Shown: positions 50,940-61,752 of the stretch, piece after piece
Numbering within the stretch: the first letter of the stretch is position 1
Layout: the number at the start of each line of letters is the position of its first letter
Assembly (NCBI GenBank): GCA_963769425.1
Contig: CAVYLP010000006.1
Coordinates: 64,001 to 128,000, forward strand
Reading direction: 5' to 3'
DNA from: Candidatus Bathyarchaeota archaeon
GTDB taxonomy: Archaea; Thermoproteota; Bathyarchaeia; TCS64
Length of the DNA stretch: 64,000 nt
Program-made: the position numbers and the translations under genes
The notes under the pieces: model-generated
Database searches by the model: none
What the model saw: only the letters and a program-made list of their open reading frames with translations
Told to the model about the DNA's origin: nothing

Positions 50940-51557
50940 ATGCAGGACAAGGTCATTCTGCTAACTGGATTCGAGCCATTTGGCGGCGAGAAGGTCAACC
51001 CATCAATACTTGCCTGCAGGAGGCTTGACGGGAGGAGATTCAACGGCTACACCGTCAAGGTGGAGGAGGTCCCGCTGAGGTTCGAGGAGATCAGGGGGAC
51101 CATCGAGGGACTCATAGAGAAATACAAGCCCGCGGCGGCAATCAGCACGGGGCAGGGCGGAGGTTCCTGGCTCAACCTGGAGAGAGTCGCCGTAAACGTC
51201 GCCGACGTGACCCGGGTCTCCTATAACTGCGGGGCGAAGCCGAGGGACGCGACGCTCGTCGAGGGCGGTCCCGCCGCCTACTTCACCGGGTTACCCATAA
51301 GGGAACTACTGGGCAAGCTACGTGCTGGTGGCGTCCCCGCGGAGATATCCAACTCCGCTGGCGCCTTCGGGTGCAACCAGATATTCTACCACCTGATGGA
51401 CTACGCCACGAGGGAAAGACTGGACATTCCAGCTGGCTTCATACACGTCCCCAAGCTCCCCGAGCAGGTCGTTGACACGAAGGAGCCGCATATGTCCCTC
51501 GACCTCATCGCGAGTGGACTAGAGATCGTCGTAGAGGAAGTCTCAGGGAAACTATAG
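50940..51557 (+). CDS. pcp: Pyroglutamyl-peptidase I
   Basis: LTGFEPFGGE..NPS, ERVAVN, SAGAFGCN, GFIHVP. Confidence 0.95.
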   Translation: MQDKVILLTGFEPFGGEKVNPSILACRRLDGRRFNGYTVKVEEVPLRFEEIRGTIEGLIEKYKPAAAISTGQGGGSWLNLERVAVNVADVTRVSYNCGAKPRDATLVEGGPAAYFTGLPIRELLGKLRAGGVPAEISNSAGAFGCNQIFYHLMDYATRERLDIPAGFIHVPKLPEQVVDTKEPHMSLDLIASGLEIVVEEVSGKL

Positions 51558-51630
51558 CCCACTTTCGGGCGCCTCCCCACCCTCGCAGGGTAGCTCAAGG
51601 TTTAATCCACGGATCACCCCGCCAAACTCG

Positions 51631-52746
51631 ATGGGCGCTACAGCGACGGCACTGCTACCCCTCCACCCCGGGAAGGCCCCCCGATGGCTATTCGGGAGGA
51701 TGGTCGAGCTGGCACGCTGCATCACAGGGATAGTCATCGACGAGTACGGGCGCGACGGATTGATGAACCGGCTGAGCGATCCCTGGTTCTTCCAGAGCCT
51801 AGCCTGCGTACTCGGATACGACTGGCACAGCAGCGGGACCACTACGGTGACCTGTGGGGCGCTGAAGGAGGCCATCGACCCGACGGAGACAGGGCTCGCC
51901 GTCGCTGGTGGGAAGGGGAAGACCTCTATGAAGGCCCCCTCTGAGATCAGGGAGAAGGGGGAGACATTCGGCCTCGGGGAGGCCAAGATCGAGGAACTCG
52001 TCTATAGCAGTCGGATGGCGGCGAAGGTGGACAACAGCCTCGTGCAGGATGGGTACCAACTCTACCACCACTGCTTCTTCTTCGACGAGAGGGGGAAGTG
52101 GATCGTTATCCAGCAGGGGATAAACCAGAAGAGGGCCGACGCCCGCCGCTACCACTGGCCCCTAGAGCACCGCGGCTTCATAGAGGAGCCCCAGAACGCC
52201 ATACTCTGCGACACCCGCCTCCCCCACGTCCTCGACATGACCAGCACTCAAAGCGAGGAGAACCGTAGCGCATGCGTCGACCTCGTAAAGGAGAAGCCCG
52301 AGAGACTCAGGAGGACACTCCTCGCCCCCGTCCCGGCGAAGCAGAGGCGCCTCGACTCCTGGGCCGGCGTCGAGGAGCAGGAGCAGCTAGTGATGCCGAG
52401 GAACGTGAACTGGGACACCCTGCGGGAAGTCTACGAGTTCCAGCCGAAAAACTACGAGGAGCTCGTCGCCTTCAAGGGCGTGGGCCCCTCGACAGTGCGC
52501 GGGCTCAGCCTCATCGCGGAGCTCGTCTACGGTGGGAGGGCGAGCTGGGAGGACCCGGTCCGATTCAACTTCGCCTTCGGGGGCAAGGACGGCGTCCCCT
52601 TCCCAGTCGACAGACGTGCCATGGACGAGGCAGTCGACGTCCTCAAGACGGGGATATCATCGTCGAAGGTTAAGGATGAAGAGAAGACGCGTGCCTTCAG
52701 GAGACTACGAGGCTGCGTCCCCCCGATACCAGCCTTCAGACCTTGA
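51631..52746 (+). CDS. DUF763 family protein
   Basis: LPLH.G.APRWL, DWHSSGTTT, AAKVDN..QDGY, GGKDGVPFPV. Confidence 0.9.
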   Translation: MGATATALLPLHPGKAPRWLFGRMVELARCITGIVIDEYGRDGLMNRLSDPWFFQSLACVLGYDWHSSGTTTVTCGALKEAIDPTETGLAVAGGKGKTSMKAPSEIREKGETFGLGEAKIEELVYSSRMAAKVDNSLVQDGYQLYHHCFFFDERGKWIVIQQGINQKRADARRYHWPLEHRGFIEEPQNAILCDTRLPHVLDMTSTQSEENRSACVDLVKEKPERLRRTLLAPVPAKQRRLDSWAGVEEQEQLVMPRNVNWDTLREVYEFQPKNYEELVAFKGVGPSTVRGLSLIAELVYGGRASWEDPVRFNFAFGGKDGVPFPVDRRAMDEAVDVLKTGISSSKVKDEEKTRAFRRLRGCVPPIPAFRP

Positions 52747-53008
52747 GTGCTTCGTTGATGACGTAGGCGAAGTCCGTGGGGCAGGCACCCGCCATGACAG
52801 TCTGTCTCTCCGCGAAGAAGCCTTTCACGACAGCGTCCACTGAGTCGGCGGGGGAGCCCCTGAGTCTTCCTTCGAGTTCCTCTAGGTCGGTCTCCGGCTG
52901 CATGAAAAAGTCGCCTGTGAGCTGGATGAAGCTGATCAGACCCTTCGCGGTCTCCACCTTGGCCCGGAGGAGCTTGCCCCCGGGGACCTTGTACTCGAAC
53001 CTCTTCAC
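52736..53008 (-). CDS. lplB: Lipoate-protein ligase accessory (C-terminal domain) subunit
   Basis: GTG start at 53008; YKVPGGKL, TGDFFM.P. Confidence 0.75.
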   Translation of the reverse strand: MKRFEYKVPGGKLLRAKVETAKGLISFIQLTGDFFMQPETDLEELEGRLRGSPADSVDAVVKGFFAERQTVMAGACPTDFAYVINEALKV

Positions 53009-53013
53009 GGCTG

Positions 53014-53782
53014 CTACCTCCTGTATATCCATTCCCTGCTCGCGTACCGATGCCCTGAACTGCTTGACGAGTTCCTCCTCGTAGGGGGTGAGTTCGCTCC
53101 TGATCAGGTTGGCGTCGAAGGCCTTCCTGTACCCCTCCTCAAGTGCGTCTCGCACCTCGGGAAATCCTATCCGGCGCCCCAGGAGCCTGCGTATGGTGGT
53201 GACTCTGTCCTCTGCCTGCTGGATCATCTTGTCGCTGAGCTTCTCCTTCGATATCTTGAGGACCCCGAACATCTGGCGCGCGTCGAAGTCGACGAGGAGG
53301 GTGCCGTGGTGGAGGACAGCGCCGTAGCGCCTGATCTGAGCGTTCCCTGAGATCTTCTTGCCGGCCACCACGATGTCGTTTATCGGCTTGAAGTCGGCCT
53401 TGATGCCGAGGACGGCGAGGGCCTCGACTATGCCTTGGCAGAGGAGGTGGTAGGACTCGACGGGGTCTGTGCTCACCCGTGGGTCGTCCTCCCTCAGGAT
53501 GACGCTGTAGGTGATCTCCCCCGTCTCGCTGTTGAGTACCGCGCCCCCGCCGCTTATCCTCCTGTTGAGGTTGAAGCCGAACCTCTCCAACGCTTCGAGG
53601 TTTACCTCGTCCTCGACGCTCTGGAAGTAGCCGAGGGTGACGGCGCTTGGCTTCCACATGTAGAATCTTAGGGTGTCTGGGGCTTTCCCCTCACCTCGGG
53701 CCTTCGTTATGGCCTCGTCGACGGCCATGTTCGTGTAGGCGTCGTTGACCTTTAGGTCGAGGAACCTGAAGTCCTTGGGCAA
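53014..53782 (-). CDS. lplA: Lipoate-protein ligase catalytic subunit (frameshift near 53052)
   Basis: NMAVDEA, RRISGGGAV, KKISGNAQ, HGTLL; corrected end RYASREWIYRR*. Confidence 0.88.
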
Positions 53783-53833
53783 ATATGGTCGATTCTATGG
53801 GTGATATCGGGGCGATAAAAAGGGTTGGAGGTG

Positions 53834-54355
53834 CTACCACTTGTCTAGGTGGAGGACCTCGGAGACGGGGCGGCGCGGCCTCGGCGTTGGGTCTTGGTCG
53901 GGGTATCCGACGGGTATCATCGCCACCGGCCTTACGGCGGCTGGTAGCCCAACGGCCTCCGCAGCCATTCCCTCGTCAAAGGCGCCGATCCAGCAGGTAG
54001 CCAACCCGTTGTGCGCTGCAGTTATCATGATGTTCTCGATGGCTGCCGCTGTGTCCTGCAGGCAGTACAGTGTCTTTCCCCGGTCACCGTACCTCTGGGC
54101 GTTCCTGGTGGGGTCAGCGCAGACTACGATCACTACCGGTGCGGTCGCTATGAAGGCTTGGCCGCGGCTCGCCTCGACTAGCTCCTCTTTGACCTCTCGG
54201 TCCCGGACGGCGACGAAGCCCCACGGCTGCATGTTACCCGCACTTGGGGCGTGAACAGCTGCTTCTATGAGTGTCTGTATCTCCTCGTCCGTCAGTCCCT
54301 TCGGGGCGAAGGCGCGTACGCTCTTCCTCTTCAGAATGGCCTCTGGTATCTCCAA
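53834..54355 (-). CDS. Nitroreductase family protein
   Basis: RKSVRAF, APSAGNMQPW, GLATCWIG, IPVGYP. Confidence 0.93.
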   Translation of the reverse strand: MEIPEAILKRKSVRAFAPKGLTDEEIQTLIEAAVHAPSAGNMQPWGFVAVRDREVKEELVEASRGQAFIATAPVVIVVCADPTRNAQRYGDRGKTLYCLQDTAAAIENIMITAAHNGLATCWIGAFDEGMAAEAVGLPAAVRPVAMIPVGYPDQDPTPRPRRPVSEVLHLDKW

Positions 54356-54389
54356 CTCCTCACCTTAGGGGTTGGTTGCGCTCGGTGGC

Positions 54390-55487
54390 TTATATCGCCT
54401 GCTGCCTCGGGCGTCTGGACACGTAGAACATAAACCCGATCGCAGCCGCGACGACCACACCGAGACCGATCATCGTCGGGTCGACCCACGTCGGTTGGAC
54501 GCCCTCCACCGTCTCCGTCGAGGTGACGTACAGGGTCGAGGAGGTGATTCTCTGCCGCGTCTCCACGCTGAGCGTCGTGTAGACCTGCTTCGACACCTTC
54601 ATCGCCGAGACTATTACGGGGGTGTACTCGGGGGCGTTCTGGACTATCCTTAGTGGATCGCTCTCGGTGGTGTAGGTGAGATCGACTGGGATCCAGCCCC
54701 ATGGGGGGGTGTAGACCATGGCCCACCCGTGCCAGCCCAGCCCTGTCTCCGAGATGGCGAGGTGCCCGTCCCAGATTGTTTCGGTGCTATCTATGCCCGA
54801 GTTGAAGACTACGCCAATCTGAAGATAAGAGGGAATGCCGAGGCTCCGGAGCATACTGATCAGCAGAATAGATTGGTCGTCGCAGTCTCCCTCTCTCTGG
54901 GTTAAGGTCTGATTAGGGTAGAGGGGTAGCTCATGTGTTGCATATTTAATATTGGTGTGGAACCACGAGACAAGGTTGACGACTTTCCCGAGTACAGTTG
55001 TCTGGCCCTCAGTGAGTCGAGCTGCAAGTGCGGCTATCTCCGTGTTGTTAGACCAGAATGTCTCCGTCGTCGCTGTGTAGTTAGAGACTAGCGCGGCGGG
55101 GATATCCGCGTCCGTCCCCGATTTAGAGGAATCAATCTGTGGATTGGGGAGGCCTGAGGGGGACACTGAGTAGACGACGGTGTATGATACCTTCCCGTTC
55201 GCGGGTATGAATAGGCTCATATTGGGGTCAGCTAGGAGGTTCCCGTCCTCATCTGCGTAGGCAGGGCCTAATGACGGCGTGGCTGAAGTCACAGTCACGG
55301 TCTGAGAGGGGCTATTGTTGAATATGAGGACCGTGAGGTCGTCCTTCTCCAGTGTGGTCGAGGTGATCCCGCGGTTCTCGAAGGTGTAGGTGACTGTATA
55401 CTTGTACTGCGTCGCCGCGTGTGCTGGGGCAAGCTGTACTAGAATTATGAGTATAATGAACAGGGGCGCGGCGAATCGGACTTTCAA
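54390..55487 (-). CDS. Surface-anchored transglutaminase-like (Cys-His-Asp) protein
   Basis: Signal peptide; GDCDD, HGW, WIPVDLT; C-terminal TM plus RRPR. Confidence 0.85.
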   Translation of the reverse strand: MKVRFAAPLFIILIILVQLAPAHAATQYKYTVTYTFENRGITSTTLEKDDLTVLIFNNSPSQTVTVTSATPSLGPAYADEDGNLLADPNMSLFIPANGKVSYTVVYSVSPSGLPNPQIDSSKSGTDADIPAALVSNYTATTETFWSNNTEIAALAARLTEGQTTVLGKVVNLVSWFHTNIKYATHELPLYPNQTLTQREGDCDDQSILLISMLRSLGIPSYLQIGVVFNSGIDSTETIWDGHLAISETGLGWHGWAMVYTPPWGWIPVDLTYTTESDPLRIVQNAPEYTPVIVSAMKVSKQVYTTLSVETRQRITSSTLYVTSTETVEGVQPTWVDPTMIGLGVVVAAAIGFMFYVSRRPRQQAI

Positions 55488-55543
55488 GCTGGCTCCAGTT
55501 TGATGCGGATGCGCGGCTTAAATCTGTTTACTGAGTGGATTGA

Positions 55544-56192
55544 TTAGCCCTTCTGGACCTTCTCCCAGTCCTTAGCGAAGATGCGGAGCCCGTCGTCGGT
55601 GAGTGGGTGACTTAGCATCTTCTCTATGATGTCTGGGGGGATGGTTGCGACATGGGCGCCCATCCTGGCGGCGTCGGTGACGTGGCGTGGGTGTCTGATG
55701 CTCGCGACTATTAGCTTGCTGGGGAGATCGTAGTTGTCGAGGATGTCCATGACCTCCTGTATCACCTCCATGCCGTCCTGCCCCCTGTCGTCGAGACGCC
55801 CAACGAAGACGCTCACGTATGTGGCGCCCGCCTTGGAGGCGAGGAGGGCTTGGTTAGCAGAGAAGATGAGGGTGACATTCGTTTTTATCCCGAGTTTGGT
55901 TAACACCTTAACGGCCTTGAGCCCCTCAGCGGTCATCGGAATCTTGACCACGATATGCTCCCCGAAGGCGGCGAGCTGCTTCGCCTCCGCTACCAGGTCG
56001 TCGGCTGTGGTGCTGCAGGCCTCGACGCTTATCGGCCCCTTGACGACTGCGGCTGATCTCCTTGACGACGTCCTCGAACTTGCGCCCGCACTTGGCTATG
56101 AGTGTGGGGTTTGTTGTCACCCCGTCGACGACGCCTATGCTGTAGTATTTCTTGATCTGGGCGACGTCAGCGGTGTCGATGAAGAACTCCAT
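55544..56192 (-). CDS. tal: Transaldolase/fructose-6-phosphate aldolase (frameshift near 56055)
   Basis: [35 protein letters not shown]. Confidence 0.92.
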
Positions 56193-56289
56193 TCTGGTTC
56201 CAGCTTTGTTCTCCTAGTTACGCCGTTTTTGGATAACCCTTTCGGCGTGGCAGGCAACGGATATTTAAACAGGTCTACGGATTCGATCA

Positions 56290-57159
56290 ATGATTGAAAT
56301 GATTAGGAAGCAGCCCTTCGGAAGCACGGGGCACGACAGCTCCGCGACTCTCTTCGGCGCGGCGGCCCTCGGCGACGTGACGCAGGAGGTAGCCGACGAG
56401 ACACTCAAGGTCCTCATGGACCACGGGGTGAACCACATCGACGTGGCCGCGAGCTACGGAGACGCCGAACTCAGGATAGGTCCCTGGATGGAGAAGCACA
56501 GGAGCGACTTCTTCCTCGCCACGAAGACGGGGATGCGGACATACGAGGAGGCGAAGAAGGAGTTCAATAAGTCACTGAAGCGACTCAGGGTGAAGAGCGT
56601 CGACCTCATACAGCTCCACAACCTCACCCACCCCGACGAGTGGGAGACAGCCATGGGTGAGGGAGGGGCACTGAAAGCGCTTGTCGAGGCGAAGGAGCAA
56701 GGACTCACCCGCTTCATCGGCGTCACCGGGCACGGGCTCTTCGCACCCGCGATGCACATGAGGAGCCTGAAGAGGTTTGAATTCGACTCTGTCCTACTCC
56801 CCTGGAACTACATCCTCAACAGGGACGAACGCTACAGGGCTGAGTTCGAGGCGCTCCTAAAGACATGTAAAGACAGGGGGGTCGCGGTCCAGACCATCAA
56901 GTCCCTGACGAAGGGGCCGTGGGGAGGCAAGGAGCAGACGACCACAACGTGGTACGAGCCCTTCACGGAGCAGGGGGACATCGACCTCGCCGTCACCTGG
57001 ATACTCGGGCAGGGCACAATCTTCCTCAACACCTCCAGCGACGTCAAGCTACTGCCAAAGATACTAGCCGCGGCGAGCAGAAACGCCTCGAAGCCGAGCG
57101 ACGAGCAGATGGATGAGCTCTGCGAGAGGACCCACATGTCCCGCCTCTTCGTCAGCTAG
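56290..57159 (+). CDS. Aldo/keto reductase
   Basis: [28 protein letters not shown]. Confidence 0.92.
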   Translation: MIEMIRKQPFGSTGHDSSATLFGAAALGDVTQEVADETLKVLMDHGVNHIDVAASYGDAELRIGPWMEKHRSDFFLATKTGMRTYEEAKKEFNKSLKRLRVKSVDLIQLHNLTHPDEWETAMGEGGALKALVEAKEQGLTRFIGVTGHGLFAPAMHMRSLKRFEFDSVLLPWNYILNRDERYRAEFEALLKTCKDRGVAVQTIKSLTKGPWGGKEQTTTTWYEPFTEQGDIDLAVTWILGQGTIFLNTSSDVKLLPKILAAASRNASKPSDEQMDELCERTHMSRLFVS

Positions 57160-57243
57160 CTTTGTGAGCGTAGCTACTCATAAGGCAAAAAAAATTCATC
57201 TCTTTTTATTGATTCCATCAAAGTATCGAGTGGGTGAGGAAGT

Positions 57244-57732
57244 TTGAACAAGACAAAGGTCCGGGCGGAGCCCGGCAAACAGGAGATGTTCATCACGAGG
57301 GAGATAGATGCCCCCCGGGAGCTCGTCTTCAAGGCACACACCGACCCGAAGCTCTACGAGCAGTGGATCGGCCCGCGGAGACTCACGACGAGGCTCGTCA
57401 AGTTCGAGCCACGGAGCGGCGGCGAGTGGCGCTACATCTCCACTGACAAGGACGGAAAGGAGTTCGGCTTCCACGGCGTGAACCACGAAGTACACGCGCC
57501 AGACCTGCTCATCGACACCTTCGAGTTTGAGGGGCTCCCCGAGAGGGGGCACGTCAACCTAGAGACACTCAGGCTTGAGGAACTCCCCGGCGGGAGGACG
57601 AGGATCAACATCCAGGTCATCTTCCAGTCCGTAGCAGACCGAGACGGGATGATACAGGGCAACATGGAGGAGGGGCTCAACGAGTCCCACGACCGCCTAG
57701 AGGAACTCCTCGCGAAGATGAAGAAGAAGTAA
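57244..57732 (+). CDS. SRPBCC/AHSA1 domain protein
   Basis: [16 protein letters not shown]...W.GP. Confidence 0.9.
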   Translation: MNKTKVRAEPGKQEMFITREIDAPRELVFKAHTDPKLYEQWIGPRRLTTRLVKFEPRSGGEWRYISTDKDGKEFGFHGVNHEVHAPDLLIDTFEFEGLPERGHVNLETLRLEELPGGRTRINIQVIFQSVADRDGMIQGNMEEGLNESHDRLEELLAKMKKK

Positions 57733-57738
57733 CCTAGA

Positions 57739-58695
57739 TCAGAGCCTCTCCCTGTTCGGCTGGAGGTCACGCTCCCTCTCCTCGGGCGGCGTGATGAGGG
57801 GGGCTACCTCGTCCATGAAGTACTCGACAGACTCCGCCTCCGAGCCGTAGGGGAAGACTATGACGAAGTGGGTGACGTCGAGGTCCACGTAGCCTTTGAT
57901 GAACTCCGCAGCCTGCTTCGCGGTCTTCGGCTCCCATTTCTTCGCCCCCGAGTACTTCTCGTGAGGCGCCGGCGTCCCGGCCCCCACCTGTTTAAGTGCG
58001 AGATGGAGCCCTGCCGACTTCCGGATCGATCCGTAGTTGACGCCCAGCTTCTCGCAGTGCCCCTCGAGGACGCCGAGGCGCTCCGCGAAGACCCTGAGGT
58101 CCGTGTTCCAGGCGAAGTTCGCGAGCTGAGCGTGCCTCGCCGTGACCTTCAACAGGTTGTCGCCGGTGCCCCCGACGAGGACGGGCATAGGGTCCTGTAT
58201 GGGCTTCGGCATCGCAACGCTGTCGTTGACGCTGTAGTACTTGCCTTTGTAGTTGGCCCGGGGCCGTGTCCACATCTGCCTCGCTATGGTGAGTGCCTCA
58301 TCGAGCTGGCGTACCCTGGCTCCCGGGCTGGGGAACTCGTAGCCGTACGCTTTGTACTCGACCTCCTTCCACCCGGCTCCGACTCCGAAGTAGATCCGCC
58401 CGCCGCTGATGTTGTCGAGCGTGGCAGCCATCTTCGCGGCGAGGCACGGGTTCCGGTAGTTCTGGCAGGAGACCATCGTGCCGAAGCGGAGGGTCTCCGT
58501 CTCCGCCGCAAGGGCGGTGAGGAGCGTCCAAGCCTCGAGGCAGTCGACGTCGACGGCGGGCGGGCTGATGAGGAAGTGGTCGGATGCCCACATGCTCTCG
58601 AAGCCCGCCGCCTCGACGCGCTTCGCGACGTCCCTCAGGTACGCGTACTCGTAGCCGTACTGAGGCTCGATCTGGACGCCATAGTCGATGTTCAA
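57739..58695 (-). CDS. LLM-class (probably F420-dependent) oxidoreductase
   Basis: GFESMWASDH, YRNP..AKMAATLD.ISGGR, GAGW, PKP.Q. Confidence 0.9.
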   Translation of the reverse strand: MNIDYGVQIEPQYGYEYAYLRDVAKRVEAAGFESMWASDHFLISPPAVDVDCLEAWTLLTALAAETETLRFGTMVSCQNYRNPCLAAKMAATLDNISGGRIYFGVGAGWKEVEYKAYGYEFPSPGARVRQLDEALTIARQMWTRPRANYKGKYYSVNDSVAMPKPIQDPMPVLVGGTGDNLLKVTARHAQLANFAWNTDLRVFAERLGVLEGHCEKLGVNYGSIRKSAGLHLALKQVGAGTPAPHEKYSGAKKWEPKTAKQAAEFIKGYVDLDVTHFVIVFPYGSEAESVEYFMDEVAPLITPPEERERDLQPNRERL

Positions 58696-58784
58696 GTTGA
58701 TCGGTTAATATTCGGATGGAATGTGTATAAACGGTTCCCCGGCCGCCTCGGCAAGGTCTAATATCGGGGGTTTCGAAGTTCTTC

Positions 58785-59114
58785 ATGGTAACTAAAACGA
58801 TGAAATGTCCGAAGTGCGGCTCGGAGATACCCGAAGACTCGAACTACTGCAAGTTCTGCGGCATGAGGCAGGGGAAGTTCGTTACCGAGGAGTTCTCGGT
58901 CGGCGCCAACGACGTCCTCAAGCGGGTCGAGGAACTCCTCCACGAGGGAAATATAACGAGGGTGATTGTGAAGGACGAGTCGGGGAAGCAGCTCCTCGAG
59001 ATACCTGCGACAGTCGGCGTCGTTGGCACCATCCTCGCCCCCTGGATGGCCGCGCTCGGAGTCATAGCCGTCCTCGCGACGAAGTGCACAATCATCGTCG
59101 AGAAACGGGAGTAG
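58785..59114 (+). CDS. Zinc-ribbon plus DUF4342 protein
   Basis: CPKCG..YCKFCG; VEELLHEGN.TRVIVK, LLEIP. Confidence 0.85.
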   Translation: MVTKTMKCPKCGSEIPEDSNYCKFCGMRQGKFVTEEFSVGANDVLKRVEELLHEGNITRVIVKDESGKQLLEIPATVGVVGTILAPWMAALGVIAVLATKCTIIVEKRE

Positions 59115-59298
59115 CCGCGAGTTTCTGAACTCATTTGCCGAGGAGTCGGGCGAGTATGCGCCGGTAGCTCGACTTCGTGTCAACCACCTCTACCACTGTG
59201 CACGCGTCGCACCCCGTCCTCGGAGTCCGCACGTCGAGCTAGAATATGATTGTCTGAAACAGGGAAGATGCTAAAAAACCTGAGTGGGTGAAGAGGGC

Positions 59299-60237
59299 CT
59301 ACTTGCGCTTCTCGACGGCCTTCTCCGCCCTGTCAGCTAGCTGCGCGGGTGTCAACCCGTACTCATTCAGGTAGCTGTCCGCGTTCCGGCTGGAGCCGGC
59401 GTAAACGTCGGGGATGCCAAGCCTTGTGACGGGGACCGGGTACCTCTCCGAGAGGGACTCAGCTACAGCACCTCCTAGGCCACCTAGGACGGAATGGTCC
59501 TCGACCGTGAGGATTGTCCCTGTGGCCTTCGCGGCCGCCTCGAGGGCGTCGCCGTCCAGCGGCTTCACCGTGTGGACGTTCAGCACCCTCGCGTCTATCA
59601 TCCTCTCCTTCAGGGCGGCTGCCGCCTTCAGTGAGGCGTCCACCATCGGCCCGAAGGCGACGAGGGTGACGTCCTCGCCGTCCCTCATCGTCTCTGCCCT
59701 GCCCACCTGGAACTTGTAGCCCTTCTGCAGGATCGGCTCCTTATCCCTTCGTAGACGCATGTAATATGGGCCACCCGTCTTCAGGGCGGCGTCGAGGGCG
59801 CTCTTCGTCTCCTCCGCGTCGACGGGGACAATGACCCGCATGTTGGGGATGACCCGCATGAGGGCGACGTCCTGGAATGCGAGGTGCGAGGCGCCGTCCG
59901 CAGCGGCCGATAGTCCGCCGTGGCTCGCAACTAGGCAGACGTTGAGACTGTCGTGGGCGACTATGTTGCGTATCTGGTCCCACGCCCTCCCCGTTAGGAA
60001 GTAGGCGAAGCTGCTCGCGAAGGCCCTCTTCCCCCCGATGGCGAGGCCCGCGGCCACGTCGATGAGGTTCTGCTCCGCCGCGCCAACGTCGAAGAAGCGC
60101 TCGGGGTATGCCTTACCGAACATGATGGTCTTCGTCGACTCGGCGAGGTCGGCGTCGACGACGACGATGTCCCGATTTATCTTCCCCGTCTCGACGAGCC
60201 ACTCACCGTATGCGTCCCTTGTTGCCTTCACACTCAT
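59299..60237 (-). CDS. Transketolase, C-terminal subunit
   Basis: DADLAEST, GAAEQN, DGASH, TVKPLD, EDH..GGLG. Confidence 0.93.
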   Translation of the reverse strand: MSVKATRDAYGEWLVETGKINRDIVVVDADLAESTKTIMFGKAYPERFFDVGAAEQNLIDVAAGLAIGGKRAFASSFAYFLTGRAWDQIRNIVAHDSLNVCLVASHGGLSAAADGASHLAFQDVALMRVIPNMRVIVPVDAEETKSALDAALKTGGPYYMRLRRDKEPILQKGYKFQVGRAETMRDGEDVTLVAFGPMVDASLKAAAALKERMIDARVLNVHTVKPLDGDALEAAAKATGTILTVEDHSVLGGLGGAVAESLSERYPVPVTRLGIPDVYAGSSRNADSYLNEYGLTPAQLADRAEKAVEKRK

Positions 60238-61055
60238 GGCAATCCCTCCAGCTCCTTGCAAGCCGTCTCAAGCTCTGTTGGCGTGCACGCCTTGCCGTGG
60301 AAGCCGACGACCCCCTCCATGAAGCTGACGCCCTTTCCCTTGACGGTGTTCGCGATTATGACGGTGGGTTTACCTGTGAAGCGCTTCGCCTCCTCGAAGG
60401 CTGCGATTAGTTTAGCGTGGTCGTGACCATCAATGCAGATGACGTTCCAGTTGAAGGCACGCCACTTGTCCGCGATAGGCTCTAGCCCCATGACCTTCTC
60501 CGTGGGGCCGTCTATCTGCAAACCGTTGCGGTCGACTATAGCGGTGAGGTTGTCGAGCCTCCTGTGGGCGGCGAACATGGCCGCCTCCCAGACTAGTCCC
60601 TCGTCACACTCCCCGTCGCCGAGGAGGCAGTAGACCCGGCTCCCCCTTCCGTCTAGCTTCAGGGCGGAGGCGATACCCGAGGCTATGCTCAACCCGTTTC
60701 CGAGGCTACCGCTGCTCACCTCGACGCCGGGTGTTCTCGTCGCGTCCGGGTGGCCCTGGAGCATCGACTCGTGCTCCCTGAGGTGGTGGAGCTGCTCACT
60801 GGGGAAGTACCCCCTCTTCGCGAGGACTGCGTATAGGGCGGGTGCCGCGTGCCCCTTGCTTAGTATGAACCTGTCCCTGTCGGGCCAACCTGGGTTCCTC
60901 GGGTCGTGTCTCAGCACCCCCCAGTAGAGGGTGACGAGGATGTCGGTGGCGCTCAGGCTGCCGCCGGGGTGACCCGAACCCGCTTCTGTAGTTGCGCGCA
61001 GCGCGTCGGCTCTTATCTCCCTTGAGAGCTTAACAAGCTCCTCATTGGTAACCAT
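60234..61055 (-). CDS. Transketolase, N-terminal subunit
   Basis: SGHPGGS, DRFILSKGH, LQGHP, GDGE..EG, TVKGKG. Confidence 0.95.
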   Translation of the reverse strand: MVTNEELVKLSREIRADALRATTEAGSGHPGGSLSATDILVTLYWGVLRHDPRNPGWPDRDRFILSKGHAAPALYAVLAKRGYFPSEQLHHLREHESMLQGHPDATRTPGVEVSSGSLGNGLSIASGIASALKLDGRGSRVYCLLGDGECDEGLVWEAAMFAAHRRLDNLTAIVDRNGLQIDGPTEKVMGLEPIADKWRAFNWNVICIDGHDHAKLIAAFEEAKRFTGKPTVIIANTVKGKGVSFMEGVVGFHGKACTPTELETACKELEGLP

Positions 61056-61177
61056 TCATCCACCATCCGGTGATCGAATTGTGAACCACCTCGTCCCCAG
61101 CGCTATAAAACGTGCGGTGCAGAATCATGAAATGCGGTTCAGTGAAATCATTTCGAACTTGTGATGACTGACCTGAC

Positions 61178-61621
61178 TTAGGGTGTCTCAACGGAGACAG
61201 TTACTTTGACGAGTGTATTGGGATCCTTTAAAACTTGTACAATTGAGCGTGGTATTTGTATCGTGGCCTTATCGGCGTGGACCATGAGAGTTCTTGGGCA
61301 GACATAACCACTCATCCGGGATACCATGTCGGTTGGGTGCTCCCAAGTTAGTGCAGGGTCCCCTCGACCCACCGCTGTGAATACCCGGTCCCCAACACTT
61401 AGTGTCAGTGAGATGATTGAGTCAGCTCTCGAAGCCGCTCTTCTCAATTCATCACTCATGTCGGCTAGACCTTTCTGTGCTCCAACAGCCGCGATGCAGT
61501 CTCCCTGAGTTGTCAGGTGAGTCTCCTTGGTGATTTCTATGGTCGTCTCATGGGTGGCACGTATGTTGGGGTGGCCATGAGCAGTGAAGATTTCCTCGAG
61601 GAGCATCGACGTCTGCTTCAA
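61178..61621 (-). CDS. DUF371 family archaeal protein
   Basis: GHPNIRATH.TTIEIT, GDCI, RTL...ADKA. Confidence 0.9.
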   Translation of the reverse strand: MKQTSMLLEEIFTAHGHPNIRATHETTIEITKETHLTTQGDCIAAVGAQKGLADMSDELRRAASRADSIISLTLSVGDRVFTAVGRGDPALTWEHPTDMVSRMSGYVCPRTLMVHADKATIQIPRSIVQVLKDPNTLVKVTVSVETP

Positions 61622-61752
61622 CGTCGCCGAATTTAAGGGGTACGTGAAGAGGGAATTTGCATAAATTTACCTAATCTTGTTCTACGCGAACCTCATTTTT
61701 TCAGTAGATTCAAATCACGAAGCTTTTTTGTTAAACACTTCACAATCTAAGT

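Noticed and set aside
52736-53782. Apparent single-chain LplA of 348 aa
   Set aside because: A one-base correction gives a normal catalytic-subunit end (YASREWIYRR*) followed by a separate GTG-started accessory gene
6441-56192. Many split genes (SDR, mtmB-like, MFS, nrdD, Kelch, beta-helix, amtB2, amidohydrolase, TSCPD, DUF6144, Mo enzyme, LarA-like, tal) as pseudogenes or programmed frameshifts
   Set aside because: Single-base indels are scattered over unrelated and housekeeping genes with no shared slippery motif or other decay, so long-read consensus error is the simplest explanation
59135-59245. Crossing stems CCGAGGA/TCCTCGG and TAGCTCGAC/GTCGAGCTA as an HDV-like ribozyme
   Set aside because: The spacing does not fit the HDV P3/L3/P1.1 core, and the minus strand reads like a gene remnant (GCDAC..RRILARLLGK*)
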